Positions 1-12,809 of a stretch of DNA of 64,000 bases are shown one piece after another. Position 1 is the first letter of the stretch, and each line of letters starts with the position of its first letter. The notes below the pieces were generated by a model. That model was given only the letters and a program-made list of their open reading frames with translations, made no database searches and had not been told where the DNA came from. The stretch is from the human T2T-CHM13v2.0 reference genome, Homo sapiens. Where the stretch lies: NCBI RefSeq assembly GCF_009914755.1, contig NC_060947.1; one strand, given 5' to 3'. Made by a program: the position numbers and the translations under genes.

Positions 1-46
1 CCTCCCAAAGTGTTGGCATTACAGGCATGAGCCACCGCGCCCGGCC
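1..46 (-). mobile_element. Alu 5' end (window edge)
   Basis: CCTCCCAAAGTGTTGGCATTACAGGCATGAGCCACCGCGCCCGGCC. Confidence 0.9.
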
Positions 47-769
47 CATATACTTTTAATACATGTGGAATTAATAAAAACGTCAATGCCTCCAATTCCG
101 TGGCTATTTTACCGTCTTCCTTTTTCGGACAAGTCCCTCAAAGGTAGCGCTCTTGGCTCCTTCCTTTGCTTATCCCCTAACCCTGTCCTCCTGAGGTGCC
201 CCCTGGATTTCCTCCAACCCCGGCAGGGTCTGCCTTTCCGGGATGATACAACGACCTGCCCTGCATGCCATATCCCAGGCGCGTGGGCACCAAAGTGTGG
301 AAAAACCGATGAATGACGTTTTCTGTTTCCGATACTCTGCCTGCCAGAATCCCCTGCCGCACCGCCCCACCACGAAGCACATGGAACCCACGGACTACAC
401 GAGGACAGAGGTCTGTTCTCCCTTTACCTCTCCCATTTCTTTAACTATGCTTCTCTCGGCTGGCATGCCCTTTCCTCATCTCACTCCACACACGAACAGG
501 TTTAGCAAATAATATGCACGCTGCTGGGACGGGCCCAAGCATTTCCCTCCCTTGATAGGGCGGAACTAAAATGCAAGCCCCACAGTTGTCAGCAAAGGAC
601 TTCCCTGTTACCATGGTAAAGCCGCTGCGCCTTTATTGTGGTTGAGGAGTACTTGCATCAACCTAAGAGAAAATTAATAAGAAGGAAGTCTGCAGGCTGA
701 AACCCTTCAAATTAGCCTGGACTCGCCTGCATCTGGCTCGGAACAGAGTTAATCTCAGGAGTGAGAATA

Positions 770-1200
770 TAGCCCTCCGGTGGACGCAACTCGCGCCTGC
801 GGCTAACAGAATGTCTCCAGGGGAGGGGCTCTGCGTCCGTTCCGCCCAGGCCCTTCCGGCTCACGCGCCGTACGGAAGCGTGCTCAGCGCTGGGCTTGTG
901 CTCCGTACGGAAGTGTGCTTTGGCGCACCGGAAGCCGACTCAACAGAGCTATGGCGGGTTTGACTGTGAGAGACCCAGCGGTGGATCGTTCTCTACGTTC
1001 TGTGTTCGGTGAGAGGAATTCGTTGTAGTCAAGCTTCGGGGAGGGACTCCCCTCTGCACCTTCTATCTCATGAATCGCTACCGGAGCCGCTGACGGTTCG
1101 GACGTGCAGTTCTCCCTGCTTATCCTGTAGGGCGTCCAACCTGGTGGACTCATGAGCAAAGAGATATTCCCATTCTGCCGAGGTCTCGTAGGCTTTCCGC
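770..1200 (+). promoter_or_regulatory. CSTF2: CpG-rich, TATA-less CSTF2 promoter/first exon with several ETS-type (CGGAAG) motifs
   Basis: High CpG density around ATG 951; CGGAAG at 873, 908 and 929, and reverse CTTCCGG at 853. Confidence 0.8.
951..1008 (+). CDS. CSTF2: CSTF2 coding exon 1 (MAGLTVRDPAVDRSLRSVF)
   Basis: ATG at 951, matches CstF-64 N-terminus; donor GTGAGA at 1009. Confidence 0.97.
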
Positions 1201-2060
1201 AATATCAGTGGGGAAGTTAGACTAGCGTTCAGCTTCTGTGCGTTTCTCCTTTCATGAGCTTCAATTATTCTCTAGAGGAGAAGGCGCACGGCAACAGCTC
1301 CTCACTGTCCCGTACTACTTCTCATCCTCTGCCCCAGAATACAGACTATATGCTGAGGGTATAGATCCTAGTGTCCACTTACTGTCCTCTCCTAAGGACT
1401 TTCATCCTTTGCTTTTTATCTGTAACATTTTAGTGCATCAATAGTGGTAGCGGCCACCTGGTGTCCTGAGATGGCTTGTAAGTGAATGAATGAATGAACT
1501 ATTAAGATCTCCTCAGAGGAATTTTAAAAAGGATCGAAACGATTCTGAATTATCTTTTTGGCTGAAATAAGTTGTTTTTAAAAATACGTGTGATTATTTT
1601 AGAGTACCATTTGAAAGGGACATGACAAAGTAGTTCAGAATACTTTTTAAACATCTTTCACTACATTCATCGTCATTCTCCCTTAAATGTTGTATGTGTG
1701 GAAATACATAGGAACCTGTTTTAAAAATTATATTAAATAACATTGATATTTTTTGTAGTCACTGATGAGACTTGCAGATCTTTAGGTAAATACCAGTGCC
1801 AAAGTATTTATTTGCACCAAAGTTAAGGAAAATCTAACACGTGTCAGATCAGTCTGAGAACTAACATTTGAGAGTACCTACACATTTTGTATTTAGTTTC
1901 AGTGGTATATTTCCTTTGTTAAGAGGTCTGAAGAAATACAATGGAATTGGGATTGGAGAACACTATTTTGAGTCTTATATTTGATGATATAAGTTTACTT
2001 TCTCACTAAAGATCTATGTTATAAACTCAGAATTTTAATGTTACCTATTTTCTTCCTTAG

Positions 2061-2139
2061 TGGGGAACATTCCTTATGAAGCTACTGAAGAGCAGTTGAA
2101 GGACATCTTTTCTGAGGTTGGACCTGTTGTTAGTTTCAG
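2061..2139 (+). CDS. CSTF2: CSTF2 exon 2 (RRM: [25 protein letters not shown])
   Basis: ttccttag acceptor, GTGAGA donor, phase consistent. Confidence 0.97.
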
Positions 2140-2332
2140 GTGAGATCCCCTTTTCCTTCATGGTGGGAGCTTCTTAAAAATCACCACAGATTTGGCTCTT
2201 AGTAATAATGGCAGGTTTTCTTTACTGGTGACTTTTCACATACATTTTGTTCTTGTAACAGCTTTATTGAGATATAATTGATACACTATACAATTGACAT
2301 TTATTCTTACCTAAAATATGTTTTTTTCGTTA

Positions 2333-2685
<353 letters not shown>

Positions 2686-2784
2686 TTATTTATGTTACAG
2701 TGGGCCCAATTAAAGCATGGCAATGTTAGCAGGAACCTTGTATGTGTGTAACATTTGTTCCTGACACTTGGTTCTGCTCTCCAG

Positions 2785-2954
2785 ATTGGTATACGATAGA
2801 GAGACAGGAAAGCCAAAGGGTTATGGCTTCTGTGAATACCAAGACCAAGAGACAGCACTTAGTGCCATGCGGAACCTGAATGGGCGCGAATTCAGTGGGA
2901 GAGCACTTCGAGTGGACAATGCTGCCAGTGAAAAGAACAAAGAAGAGCTGAAGA
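2785..2954 (+). CDS. CSTF2: CSTF2 exon 3 (RRM RNP1 KGYGFCEY)
   Basis: ORF 2768..2986; ctccag / GTGAGT boundaries. Confidence 0.97.
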
Positions 2955-3342
2955 GTGAGTACAAATCCAACTTGGATGCAGTATGAGTTAGTAAAGATGT
3001 AACAATGAAGATTTTCCATTTCTGATATGTTTTAGAATATGCTGAAATGGTTAGCCACGCAGCTTGTTTATTACTTGACTGACCTGATGTGCCTGAGTTA
3101 GGCAAGTATTATATATATCTTTTTAAAAACTTTTTATAAATTTTTTTTCAAGTAATTGTCTGAAATTTCTATACCCTTGCTCTGGATGGAGCAGGGCAAG
3201 GCCTCAAACCGTTTCAAAACTGTTCTGGCAAGCACTGTAGGGATGCATAGGGTCACTGCAGACCTAAGCATGCTGGAGGCTTGCTAGTAAGTGTATATCT
3301 TTAAGAAACAGATAAAGTTGACATTAGAAATTCTTCAGTTGC

Positions 3343-3395
3343 TCCAGCCTGGGCGACAGAGTGAGACTCTGTCTCAAAAAAAAAAAAAAAAAAAA
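3343..3395 (+). mobile_element. Severely 5'-truncated Alu 3' end
   Basis: CTCCAGCCTGGGCGACAGAGTGAGACTCTGTCTC plus A-run. Confidence 0.8.
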
Positions 3396-3826
3396 AGAAT
3401 TTCCATTGCTAAGGAGTTATTTCCAGTTAAAGATGAATTCAAATTCATCAAGCCATTAGTAGTACTAACTGTGGCATTAGTCATTCCTGTCACTCTTTTC
3501 AGGAATTTTTGAAGTTAGCGTATTTTTCTCTTTTAACCTTTTGTTTCTGAAATGACTTGTTAAAAGAAGTCAATATGCCTAGTTCTCTAACTTAGGTTAA
3601 CATTGTCCTTCCATGTGATCATGATCCCCAGCTTTCCTCTGAGAACAGAAAATACACTCTCACTTTCCTCCACAGAAACAAGAGGCTTTCACATCATTTA
3701 TTTCTCAGCTCTGGAGAATCTAAAATTATCAGCTGGTTCTTACAGCAGCCCTGAAAAGTAGATATTTGAAATGATTTAGCTTTTTGTTTTGCCTCCCTAA
3801 CTTTCTTGTACTTTCTTCTTGATTAG

Positions 3827-3963
3827 GCCTTGGCACTGGTGCCCCTGTCATTGAGTCACCTTATGGAGAGACCATCAGTCCTGAGGATGCCCCTGAGTCC
3901 ATTAGCAAAGCAGTTGCCAGCCTTCCACCAGAGCAGATGTTTGAGCTGATGAAACAAATGAAG
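3827..3963 (+). CDS. CSTF2: CSTF2 exon 4 (hinge: LGTGAPVIESPYGE...MKQMK)
   Basis: gattag acceptor, GTGGGA donor, phase consistent. Confidence 0.95.
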
Positions 3964-4420
3964 GTGGGAGGAGGCATTAGGTTATGAATAAAGCAAATCA
4001 CATCAGGTTTTCAAGGAGTTACTTGAATTAGTTCCCTGAGCTCAAATAGAAATTGTCTGTAGACCACCATTTCTTGCACCTTCAATATTCTGTATGTACA
4101 CAGTATATTTTACATTTTGTACAAAGAGCTTTCTATTTTTGTACACAAACACAGCTATCCAAACAATCCAGCTGGAGTTTTGTGGCCCATAGATGTCAGA
4201 TGTAGATATTAAAATTTGGCTTTTTTCCTAAATGATAATATCACAGTATTTGAAATGCCTCTTTCTTCTCTTGCCTGCCATGACCAAGGTTTTTTTGTGC
4301 CATGCAAAAACTAATGATAAAGAGCCTCTTGAATATTACATTTCTCAGAGGGGAATGGCTCTAAATCACTATCAGTTTCTAAGTCATAAGTATTAAACCT
4401 GAATCTGCTTATCTTCTCAG

Positions 4421-4540
4421 CTCTGTGTCCAGAATAGTCCCCAGGAGGCACGGAACATGTTACTTCAGAACCCTCAACTGGCTTATGCTTTGCTGCAAGC
4501 ACAGGTAGTGATGAGAATTGTGGATCCGGAAATTGCCCTG
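4421..4540 (+). CDS. CSTF2: CSTF2 exon 5 (LCVQNSPQEARNMLLQNPQLAYALLQAQVVMRIVDPEIAL)
   Basis: ttctcag / GTGAGT; 120 nt in frame. Confidence 0.95.
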
Positions 4541-4654
4541 GTGAGTGCTTCTGGTTCTTTTATGGAAATGGTCGGGTAAACCTTGAATGGGATAGGAACT
4601 ACCTGATTGCTTTGTTAAACAGACAGCTCATAGGTTTGTCTTTTCACTTTTTAG

Positions 4655-4792
4655 AAAATTCTGCATCGCCAGACAAATATCCCAACGCTGATTGCAGGCA
4701 ACCCTCAGCCAGTCCATGGTGCTGGGCCTGGCTCAGGATCCAATGTGTCAATGAACCAGCAGAATCCTCAGGCCCCTCAGGCCCAGTCTTTG
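4655..4792 (+). CDS. CSTF2: CSTF2 exon 6 (KILHRQTNIPTLIAGNPQ...QAQSL)
   Basis: tttttag / GTAGGG; 138 nt in frame. Confidence 0.93.
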
Positions 4793-6091
4793 GTAGGGCT
4801 TTATCCCTTAACATTTTTTTGTATCTGTCTTAGAATGTCATTTTCTTTTTAGGAGAATATATTGAAAGAAGAATGGTCAGGAACCAGAGATGATAATTTC
4901 AATTTCCAGGCATAAAAGCAATTTCCAGGTTGCAGAGCACATGACATCTGAATGAATATAGATTCGATTCCAAGTTTGTAAAACAAAGAGATCCTTCCCG
5001 TATGCCCTTTTCTTATAAGCTAACTTTGTGTGTATGTGCATGCCTGGCACTGTGGTTGGCACTTCGTTATTCCATATGCATTATCTCATTTAATCCTCAA
5101 AGCAATTGTATGAGGTTGGCACTCTTATTATCTCCATTCTTACTGATGAAAAAAGTAAAGCTTGCTTTCAAAGCATGACACAAAACCTTAAAGCCATAAA
5201 AAATTGATACATTTGAAAACTAAAAAATTTCTATATAAAGAAAAAAATAAGTATCAAAGACATGACAAATTGAGAAAAAGTATTTACCACACATGTGATG
5301 GAAAACAGACTAATAAAGAGCCCATAGTCATTCACAAGAATGTTTATTGCCTTAGAGTGAAAAATTGGAAATGTCCTAAATGTACGTCAGTGGAAGAATG
5401 GAGAAAATGTGTGGTACATTCATCCAGTGAAATACTGTACAACAGTTAAATAAACTACACGTATCAACATGAATGACTTTGAAAAACATAATTCCATACA
5501 GCAGTTAAGATGAACTAGGATACATAATATCAACACAACTCCAAAACAGTGACATACGGACATGAAACTAAGTGAATATGGATGCATTCCCGAAATGTAG
5601 GATATATGTTTCTGCATAAATCCCCAAAATATGTGGAATGAGTTGCAAAATAATATATTGAGTATGTAATGATTCATATAAAATTTTGAAACATTAAGAA
5701 GACGTCTTAGTGGTCATCAAAGGAGAAGAGAGCACAGGATGCAATTGGGGAAGACCGTACAGGCCATTGGTTTATTTTATTTACTTATTTATTTCCTAAG
5801 CTGGGTGGCTATTTTATTTTCTATATGATTTGTATATCTGTAATTTTTCATAATAAATTTTAAAAGGCCTCCTATAAATTAGTAAGAAAATTTCCAATAA
5901 CCCAGTAGAAAAATGGGAAATAGACATAAATATTTCACAAAAGGAGAAATATAAATATATAAAAATTTATTCAACTTCAAAATAAGATAATGTAATAAAT
6001 TATCATTTATATATGTAATGTTATAAGATAATGTAAATAGAAACTACAATAAGCTACCATTTTTCATCTCTCAGGTTGGCAGAGGTACAGG

Positions 6092-6310
6092 GCAGGGACC
6101 AGCAAACATTTTTCTGTAAATGATCAGACAGTAAATATTTTTGGCTTTGCAAGTCACAGGATCTGCCACAGCTACTCTGCCATGGTAGTATGAAATCAGC
6201 CATAGGCAATAAGTGAACAAGTGTGTGTGGTTGTGTTCCGTTAAAAGTTTGTTTATAAAACCAGGCAGTGAGCCCGATTTGGCCCATGGGTCATAGTTTG
6301 CCAACCCCTG
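6092..6310. mobile_element. MER58A-like hAT-Charlie MITE
   Basis: CAGGGACCAGCAAAC...TTTGCCAACCCCTG termini. Confidence 0.75.
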
Positions 6311-7168
6311 CTCTAAATAAATAAATACATTTTCAGAGATAGAAAAAAAAAGCTAAGGCCCAGAGAGGTTAGCTGGTCCAAAAATTGACACAATTATAAG
6401 TGGCAGATCTATTTCTGAACCTGGTTTTATCTGACCTCACAGCCAGTTTTCTCTTAACTACTTTCCTATACAGCTCTTCCTTTTCTTTTGTAGAGTTTTG
6501 TGTTCCTTAAACGTATATGTGATTTTTTTTATATAACTTGGCTTTTATTCTTTATTTATTGAGCTGTTTCTAATTCAAGGGACTACTCAGTTTTTTGGGG
6601 AATGCACAGATGAAAAGATGACATTCTCTTTTTCTCAACGAGTTTTAATGTAGCATTTAAAAAAATATATTTCACATTCCCCCAAAACCAGAATTATATC
6701 TAAGGACAGGAGTGAGAAAAGATTGGTTAAATTAAAAAAAAAATTTAATTTTAAAAATGTGGACTACCAGCAGTTGTTTTTTTTAAAAGAGTCCCAGTCT
6801 CCTTTTATGTTTCTTGGGTTTAGGGCTTTTTTTTTTTTTTTTTTTTACTCTTATTGGCAGCCCCAATCATGAAGTTAACAGTAGGTGTTATGTGCTGCCT
6901 TGCCACACAGATAAGACTTGTCAATCTCTACATTGAGAATATGTTCCATCTTAACCGTGTTCCATATAACCAGGCTCATGACGTATATTGCTTCTGTGGA
7001 GTTTAAAGTGTGTGACAAATCTAATGCTGCATAAGACATGCCATACAAAAAGGATGTTTAGTAGTGTATTTGGGGCTGTTCATTTGAAGAGGACTTTTAA
7101 GGTCGTAGACTTAGTATATTGAGTATCCACAGAGGCATATACATACTCTGTTTTTTTTGCTTGGTCAG

Positions 7169-7292
7169 GGTGGAATGCATGTCAATGGCGCACCTCCTCT
7201 GATGCAAGCTTCTATGCAGGGTGGAGTTCCAGCACCAGGGCAAATGCCAGCTGCTGTCACAGGACCTGGCCCTGGTTCCTTAGCTCCTGGAG
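7169..7292 (+). CDS. CSTF2: CSTF2 exon 7 (Pro/Gly-rich)
   Basis: ORF 7157..7345; ggtcag / GTAAGT. Confidence 0.93.
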
Positions 7293-8574
7293 GTAAGTTT
7301 CATTTAGTCTTCACCATTTCAGTACTTGCTAAAGTTTTGTCATAGCCACTGTTGCAGTGCAGCCAAATATGATAATGGGATCCTTAGGTAAAATTAATAC
7401 ACAGCTAGAAAGTATATATCTTAGGTGGAGGAAATAGTAGATTTCTTACGTTAAATCCTATATGTCTAATTATAAGAACAGGGAAAGGGACAGTAAAGTG
7501 AAAGAGCATAGTAAAACTTCCAAGTTAACAAGGGGGAAAATGGAATGAGTGGAAACAAAATCAAGCCAGCAAAAATAGAGAAGAGGAAAAAAGTAAGAGA
7601 CAGTGTAAAATAAGTAATAATAAATGTAGAGTAAGATGGAAGGAATAAAAACTAATGTAGTTGTTACTCTGCTAAATATGAATGAACTGTCAGATTAGGT
7701 TCAAAAGCTCATGAAGAAAACAGACAAAAAAATACAAGGTCACATTTGTTATAGCATATTAAACTGACATAAAATTGTATTTTAACAAACATAATCAGAA
7801 CAAACAACAAAAGGGAAAAAGAGAAATTTAAAAGCTATGTACATTTATTGAAAATGTATAGATCGGCAATTAATAAGAGTATTGCTCATATACTTGTAAC
7901 TGTTCCTTGTTCAACAATTGTAACTAAGAAGATTGAGTGAAATAATGATTCCCCATATGAAACATCTGTATGAACACATGATGTATTACCAATATTTAAA
8001 GGTTTTTTATGTAACAAACTTGGTTTTTGTTAATTTATCTAATCTAGGGTAGGTTGAGTACAACACTACTCATGGAGAATGATTTAATTCTAAATTGTTC
8101 TGTTCTGTAGAGAATCCAGTCTGCAGAGCTAAGTTGATGAGGAATGGAAGAAGAGATTTTTTGAAGAAATTTCTGCAAACTCAGGAATTTTTTGTATCTA
8201 CTTTAGGATTGTTATGTATCTACTTTATCCTAATAGAGTTATACTTGTATTTAAATTATCTTTCATGACAGGAGGTCCATGGGTAAGTGACATTGTTTTC
8301 CTGTATTATAGAAGAGCTTCCTGCCAAGAGTTTGGTAACCAATGAAATGAATTATTCTTATTGAACTCACTATTCTGTCACTGAAACATAAAGTACAAAT
8401 TGTAAATATACTAACAAACCCCATCTTCTCTCTCATTGCATTGTTGAATATCTTCCTTTGTAGGTTTCTGCTTGTGGAGCAGAATGAGGAAATTTGTAAA
8501 CTCAGCCACTGTTCTAATTTTTCTTTTCCGCTGTTCTAATTGGTGTTTTTTCTTGTCTGCCCTTTATCTTCTAG

Positions 8575-8637
8575 GAGGAATGCAGGCTCAGGTTGGAATG
8601 CCAGGAAGTGGACCAGTGTCCATGGAACGGGGGCAAG
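8575..8637 (+). CDS. CSTF2: CSTF2 exon 8 (GMQAQVGMPGSGPVSMERGQ)
   Basis: cttctag / GTAAAT; 63 nt, phase 1-1. Confidence 0.93.
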
Positions 8638-8694
8638 GTAAATAAATATTAATGTCTGACTAATGTTAATTGGTCATGGAAGTGTTCCACATCC

Positions 8695-8902
8695 ACAGTA
8701 TCTAATATGGCAGCCACTAACCACCCATGGCTATTTCAATATTAAGTTAATTAAAATTAAGTAAAATTTAAAACTCAGTTCCTCAGTCACAATAGCCACA
8801 TTCCAAGTGCTCAGTGGCCACAGGTGACTAGTGGATACCATACAGGACATTACAGATATAGAACATTTCTATCATCGTAAAAAGATCTATTGGACAGTGC
8901 TG
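8695..8902. mobile_element. MER3/MER33-like DNA transposon remnant
   Basis: AATATGGCAGCCACTA...CTATTGGACAGTGCTG. Confidence 0.65.
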
Positions 8903-9742
8903 GTCTAGACTTTCCACCTGGTGATTCAGAGTCCAGCTCTACAAGAATTGATAATGAAGCAAGTGGATCGTTTGTTTCCTGATTCCTAGTCTAATAATTC
9001 CACTGACATGTTCTCTCTCCCTGTATGGATATCTGTTGACTGAGTAAGGAATTTTAATAATGAGCATGTAAATATGTGGCTGGGTATGTAGAAGACTAGA
9101 TTTAAACCCCAGAGAAAACTGGGAGGGAATCATAGGTCTGTAACGCCTACTTAATGAACATATGTTGTACCGTGGCTGTACTGCTATATACAACAGTAGC
9201 TGCTGCTCCAAAATCTCCATGTTGTTTCTTCATGTTACTGGAGTTTGAAGGACAAGAAAGTGCAGTGGTTCAGTTGGAAACAATGTTAGGAGGAGAGATC
9301 GTAAGAAAAGAGAAGGAACTGAGTGCATACTATATGCCAGGCACTTTAATTTTCATAAATAATCTTGTGAGTTAGGTGGCAGCACCTCAGTTTTACAGGC
9401 AAAGAGTTGGAAGCTCAGAATAAGTTACTTTCTCAAGGGGACAAGGTAAGTAAATATTAATGTATGAGTAATGTGGACTGGATTTGGTGCTCTTATTTTC
9501 TCTTCCAACTAGTAAGTGGCAGAGCTAAGATTCAGAAGTCTTTGACTCCAGAATCTGTCCTCTTTCTGTCACTCCACACTGCCTCTGTTAACTTCCAAGC
9601 ATATTCTTCAGTGTCTTCTACTCTTATTCCTTGGGAATAAAATGATGGGAAAGACTGCTTTGGACAAGCATAGAGAAGCTTAAGGTTTTTTCTTTTGTAG
9701 CATATGGTTTATAAGTGGAACCCATTTAAAAAGCAAAATATT

Positions 9743-10085
9743 GGCCAGGCGCAGTGGCTCATGCCTGTAATCCCAGCACTTTGGGAGGCTGAGGTGGGTG
9801 GATTGCTTGAGCTCAGAGGTTTGAAACTAGCCTAGACAACATGGCAAAACCCCGTCTCTATAAAAAATACAAAAACTAGTTGGGCAATGGTGGTGTGCAC
9901 TTGTGGTCCCAGCTACTTGGGAGGCCGAAGTGGAAGGATCACTTGAGCCCAACAGGTTGAGACTGCAGTGAGCCATAATCGGGCACCACTGCACTCCAGC
10001 CTGGGCAACAGAGCAAGACCCTGTCTCAAAGAATATATATATATACACACACACACACATATATATACACACATACATACATAAA
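9743..10085 (+). mobile_element. AluJ with (TA)n(CA)n tail
   Basis: Dimer with J-type diagnostic positions. Confidence 0.9.
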
Positions 10086-11342
10086 CATTAATATACAAGC
10101 CTGTGGTTTTTACACTGGGGTTGGTTGCTGAAGTGACAGAATTAACTTTTTCTTGTTAGAAGTCTGACAGCAGGACAAACTCCCTGGCCAAATATCTCAT
10201 ATTTTCTCTAAGCATCCAATGCTTTTGTGCTGTTGTACATCCCTCTATCCCCACCGCACCACTGTCAATAGATCATATATGTTCCCCAGAGTATTTCTGC
10301 AGTAATGAGAAGGTATTAGGGTTTCAGTCATACTTCTGCCTGTCATGGGGCCAGCCCTCAATCCATCAGGTTTTAGCTGTTTAACGCATACTTGCACAAG
10401 ACATCTTCCTATTATAGTTATCTTCACCTTTTTGTCAGAAATTGGCAAAGGGAAGTGACTCATGTTTTGAGGGTATTTCCAGGATGTCTTCATGCAGAGA
10501 CTAAGTGAGATGAGCTTTCTTTTATAGTTTCCTTCAGTACCCAGCAGAGGAAGCAAGAGTCTTTTCGTGTGTGCCTAGTTTGTCTTACTTTTCCTGAAAT
10601 CCATGCTGCTTTTAATGCTGAAAGGAGATGGAGATGTTTGAGAAGATACTTCTTGCTTCCCTGCCATGTTTGTTTAGTGTCGGTTCCCATGTCATCTCAT
10701 TAGTCTTTGTTTGCTGTTGTCATGATGTTTATTATCAAAGACTTGCTGTGGCAGAGTATTTCTTGTGGAGTGATATTCTCTTTCATCATGTAAAGTTCAT
10801 TCACTGCATTTCCCCATCTGATACATTTTTGACAGCAGAAATTTTTGTGCTTTAAAATGTGACAAAAATAGAATTGCCGTACTTCAGTTATGGCCGTTTC
10901 AGAATGAATCTTGCCTTCCAGATTCAGTGCAGTTTCTTTTATGTTTTGCTTCTGAAACTACATTTATGTTCTTTGCATAACTAGAAGATTCAAGACTATC
11001 CTTTTTATATATTTTTTTCCTAATGATTTCATAAGGAGACCTAACGGAAAACTAGTAGCAGAGGTGAAAATCGAAAATGTCAGGTTATTCCCACCTAGAT
11101 CAAACCAGTGCCCCCATGGGATTCCCTTTCAAAAGCTATCTGGTCAAAATGGAACTATTTCAGAGACCCAAAGGAGCTAGTGTAGTTTAGGGAGATTTTG
11201 TAGCCTGGAGCAAGCCGATGAACTCTTGGCTTTTTAACTTATATATGTAAATCTCAATCTCCATGTGTGTGTGTTTCTGCGTGTGTATGCAAGCTATTTT
11301 AAGTGTCTGCTCTTTCTCCTTTTGAACTTACTGCTTACCTAG

Positions 11343-11402
11343 GAACCCTACAGCACTCGCCCGTGGGACCCGCCGGGCCTGCATCAATTGAGCGAGTTCA
11401 AG
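11343..11402 (+). CDS. CSTF2: CSTF2 alternative cassette exon 8.1 (TLQHSPVGPAGPASIERVQ)
   Basis: cttacctag / GTACCC; 60 nt, phase 1-1, no stop; matches the known beta-CstF-64 type exon. Confidence 0.85.
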
Positions 11403-11584
11403 GTACCCATTGTATCTGTGGGTTTCCTTTTGCTTGTGGTGTTCAGGGTGGGACGTTGAGAGGAAAAGAGCTGCGTGGCAGTCATCCTCGCGTTCAGAAC
11501 CCAAAAGGGTAGTGTTTTTGGGTTTTTGTTTTTTTAATTTTTTCCTGTTGAGGCCACAAGCCTAAGATTGACCTCTTCACACAG

Positions 11585-11671
11585 GGCAGAGAACATGGAT
11601 GATATGGGCATCTGTCCGAGGCTGTACTCCCTCCCTACTGGTGTCAGGAGGCTTGGATGGAATAGCAGTCT
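11585..11671 (+). CDS. CSTF2: CSTF2 alternative cassette exon 8.2 (QRTWMIWASVRGCTPSLLVSGGLDGIAV)
   Basis: cttcacacag / GTAAGG; 87 nt, phase 1-1, open frame; 8.1+8.2 = 147 nt = 49 aa. Confidence 0.7.
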
Positions 11672-12049
11672 GTAAGGAGACAGCGGGTTCTTGCAGAGCC
11701 ATGGCAGTGTTCACATATGCCAAGACTCTACCTCTGTTTTGTGACTCTGGTCCTTGAACTAAGATTGATTAGAAGGAAAACCAGGAGCATAAGTTTCTCC
11801 AGGTCGCAGTGCTAGTCCTTGGCAGGTTGCTCCCCAGTTTGCTCTTTATATAATTCCATCCATACCTCTGACATGGCACAGATTCTGCCTACACCCTGCT
11901 TCTGTTCTTGAGCTGCAAGAGGATTCTGCTGTGGTGAGGTTTCACCCACTCTAAGGTGTCTGAATTATGTTGTCAGTGGTATATAGAGTCATTTCTTGTT
12001 TGCTTATGTGTCTTTCACAGCAGTAACTCCCCGTTTGTTTCCCTGTCAG

Positions 12050-12191
12050 TGCCGATGCAAGACCCCAGAGCAGCTATGCAGCGGGGATCCTTGCCTGCGA
12101 ATGTCCCAACCCCTCGAGGCTTGTTAGGAGATGCTCCGAATGATCCACGGGGAGGCACTTTACTTTCTGTAACTGGAGAGGTAGAGCCTAG
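12050..12191 (+). CDS. CSTF2: CSTF2 exon 9 (PMQDPRAAMQ...GEVEP), with an in-frame internal acceptor at 12128
   Basis: ccctgtcag / GTAAGC; internal ttgttag| lies 78 nt in. Confidence 0.93.
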
Positions 12192-12345
12192 GTAAGCACT
12201 AACATAGAAGGAAACAGTTGAAGAAATCAGAATTGTCCCTTCTTCCCTGAGAACAAAATCTTTCTGTACCAGTTGTACCTGTTTGCCTACTTCAAAAGGT
12301 AGATCAATATTCATGGCCACTGTCCAAGGGTAAGCACTTCTCCTA

Positions 12346-12808
<463 letters not shown>

Positions 12809-12809
12809 T

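Noticed and set aside
65-1444. Short ORFs around the CSTF2 promoter, including antisense 884..1159
   Set aside because: Expected in GC-rich DNA; no recognisable domains or splice structure
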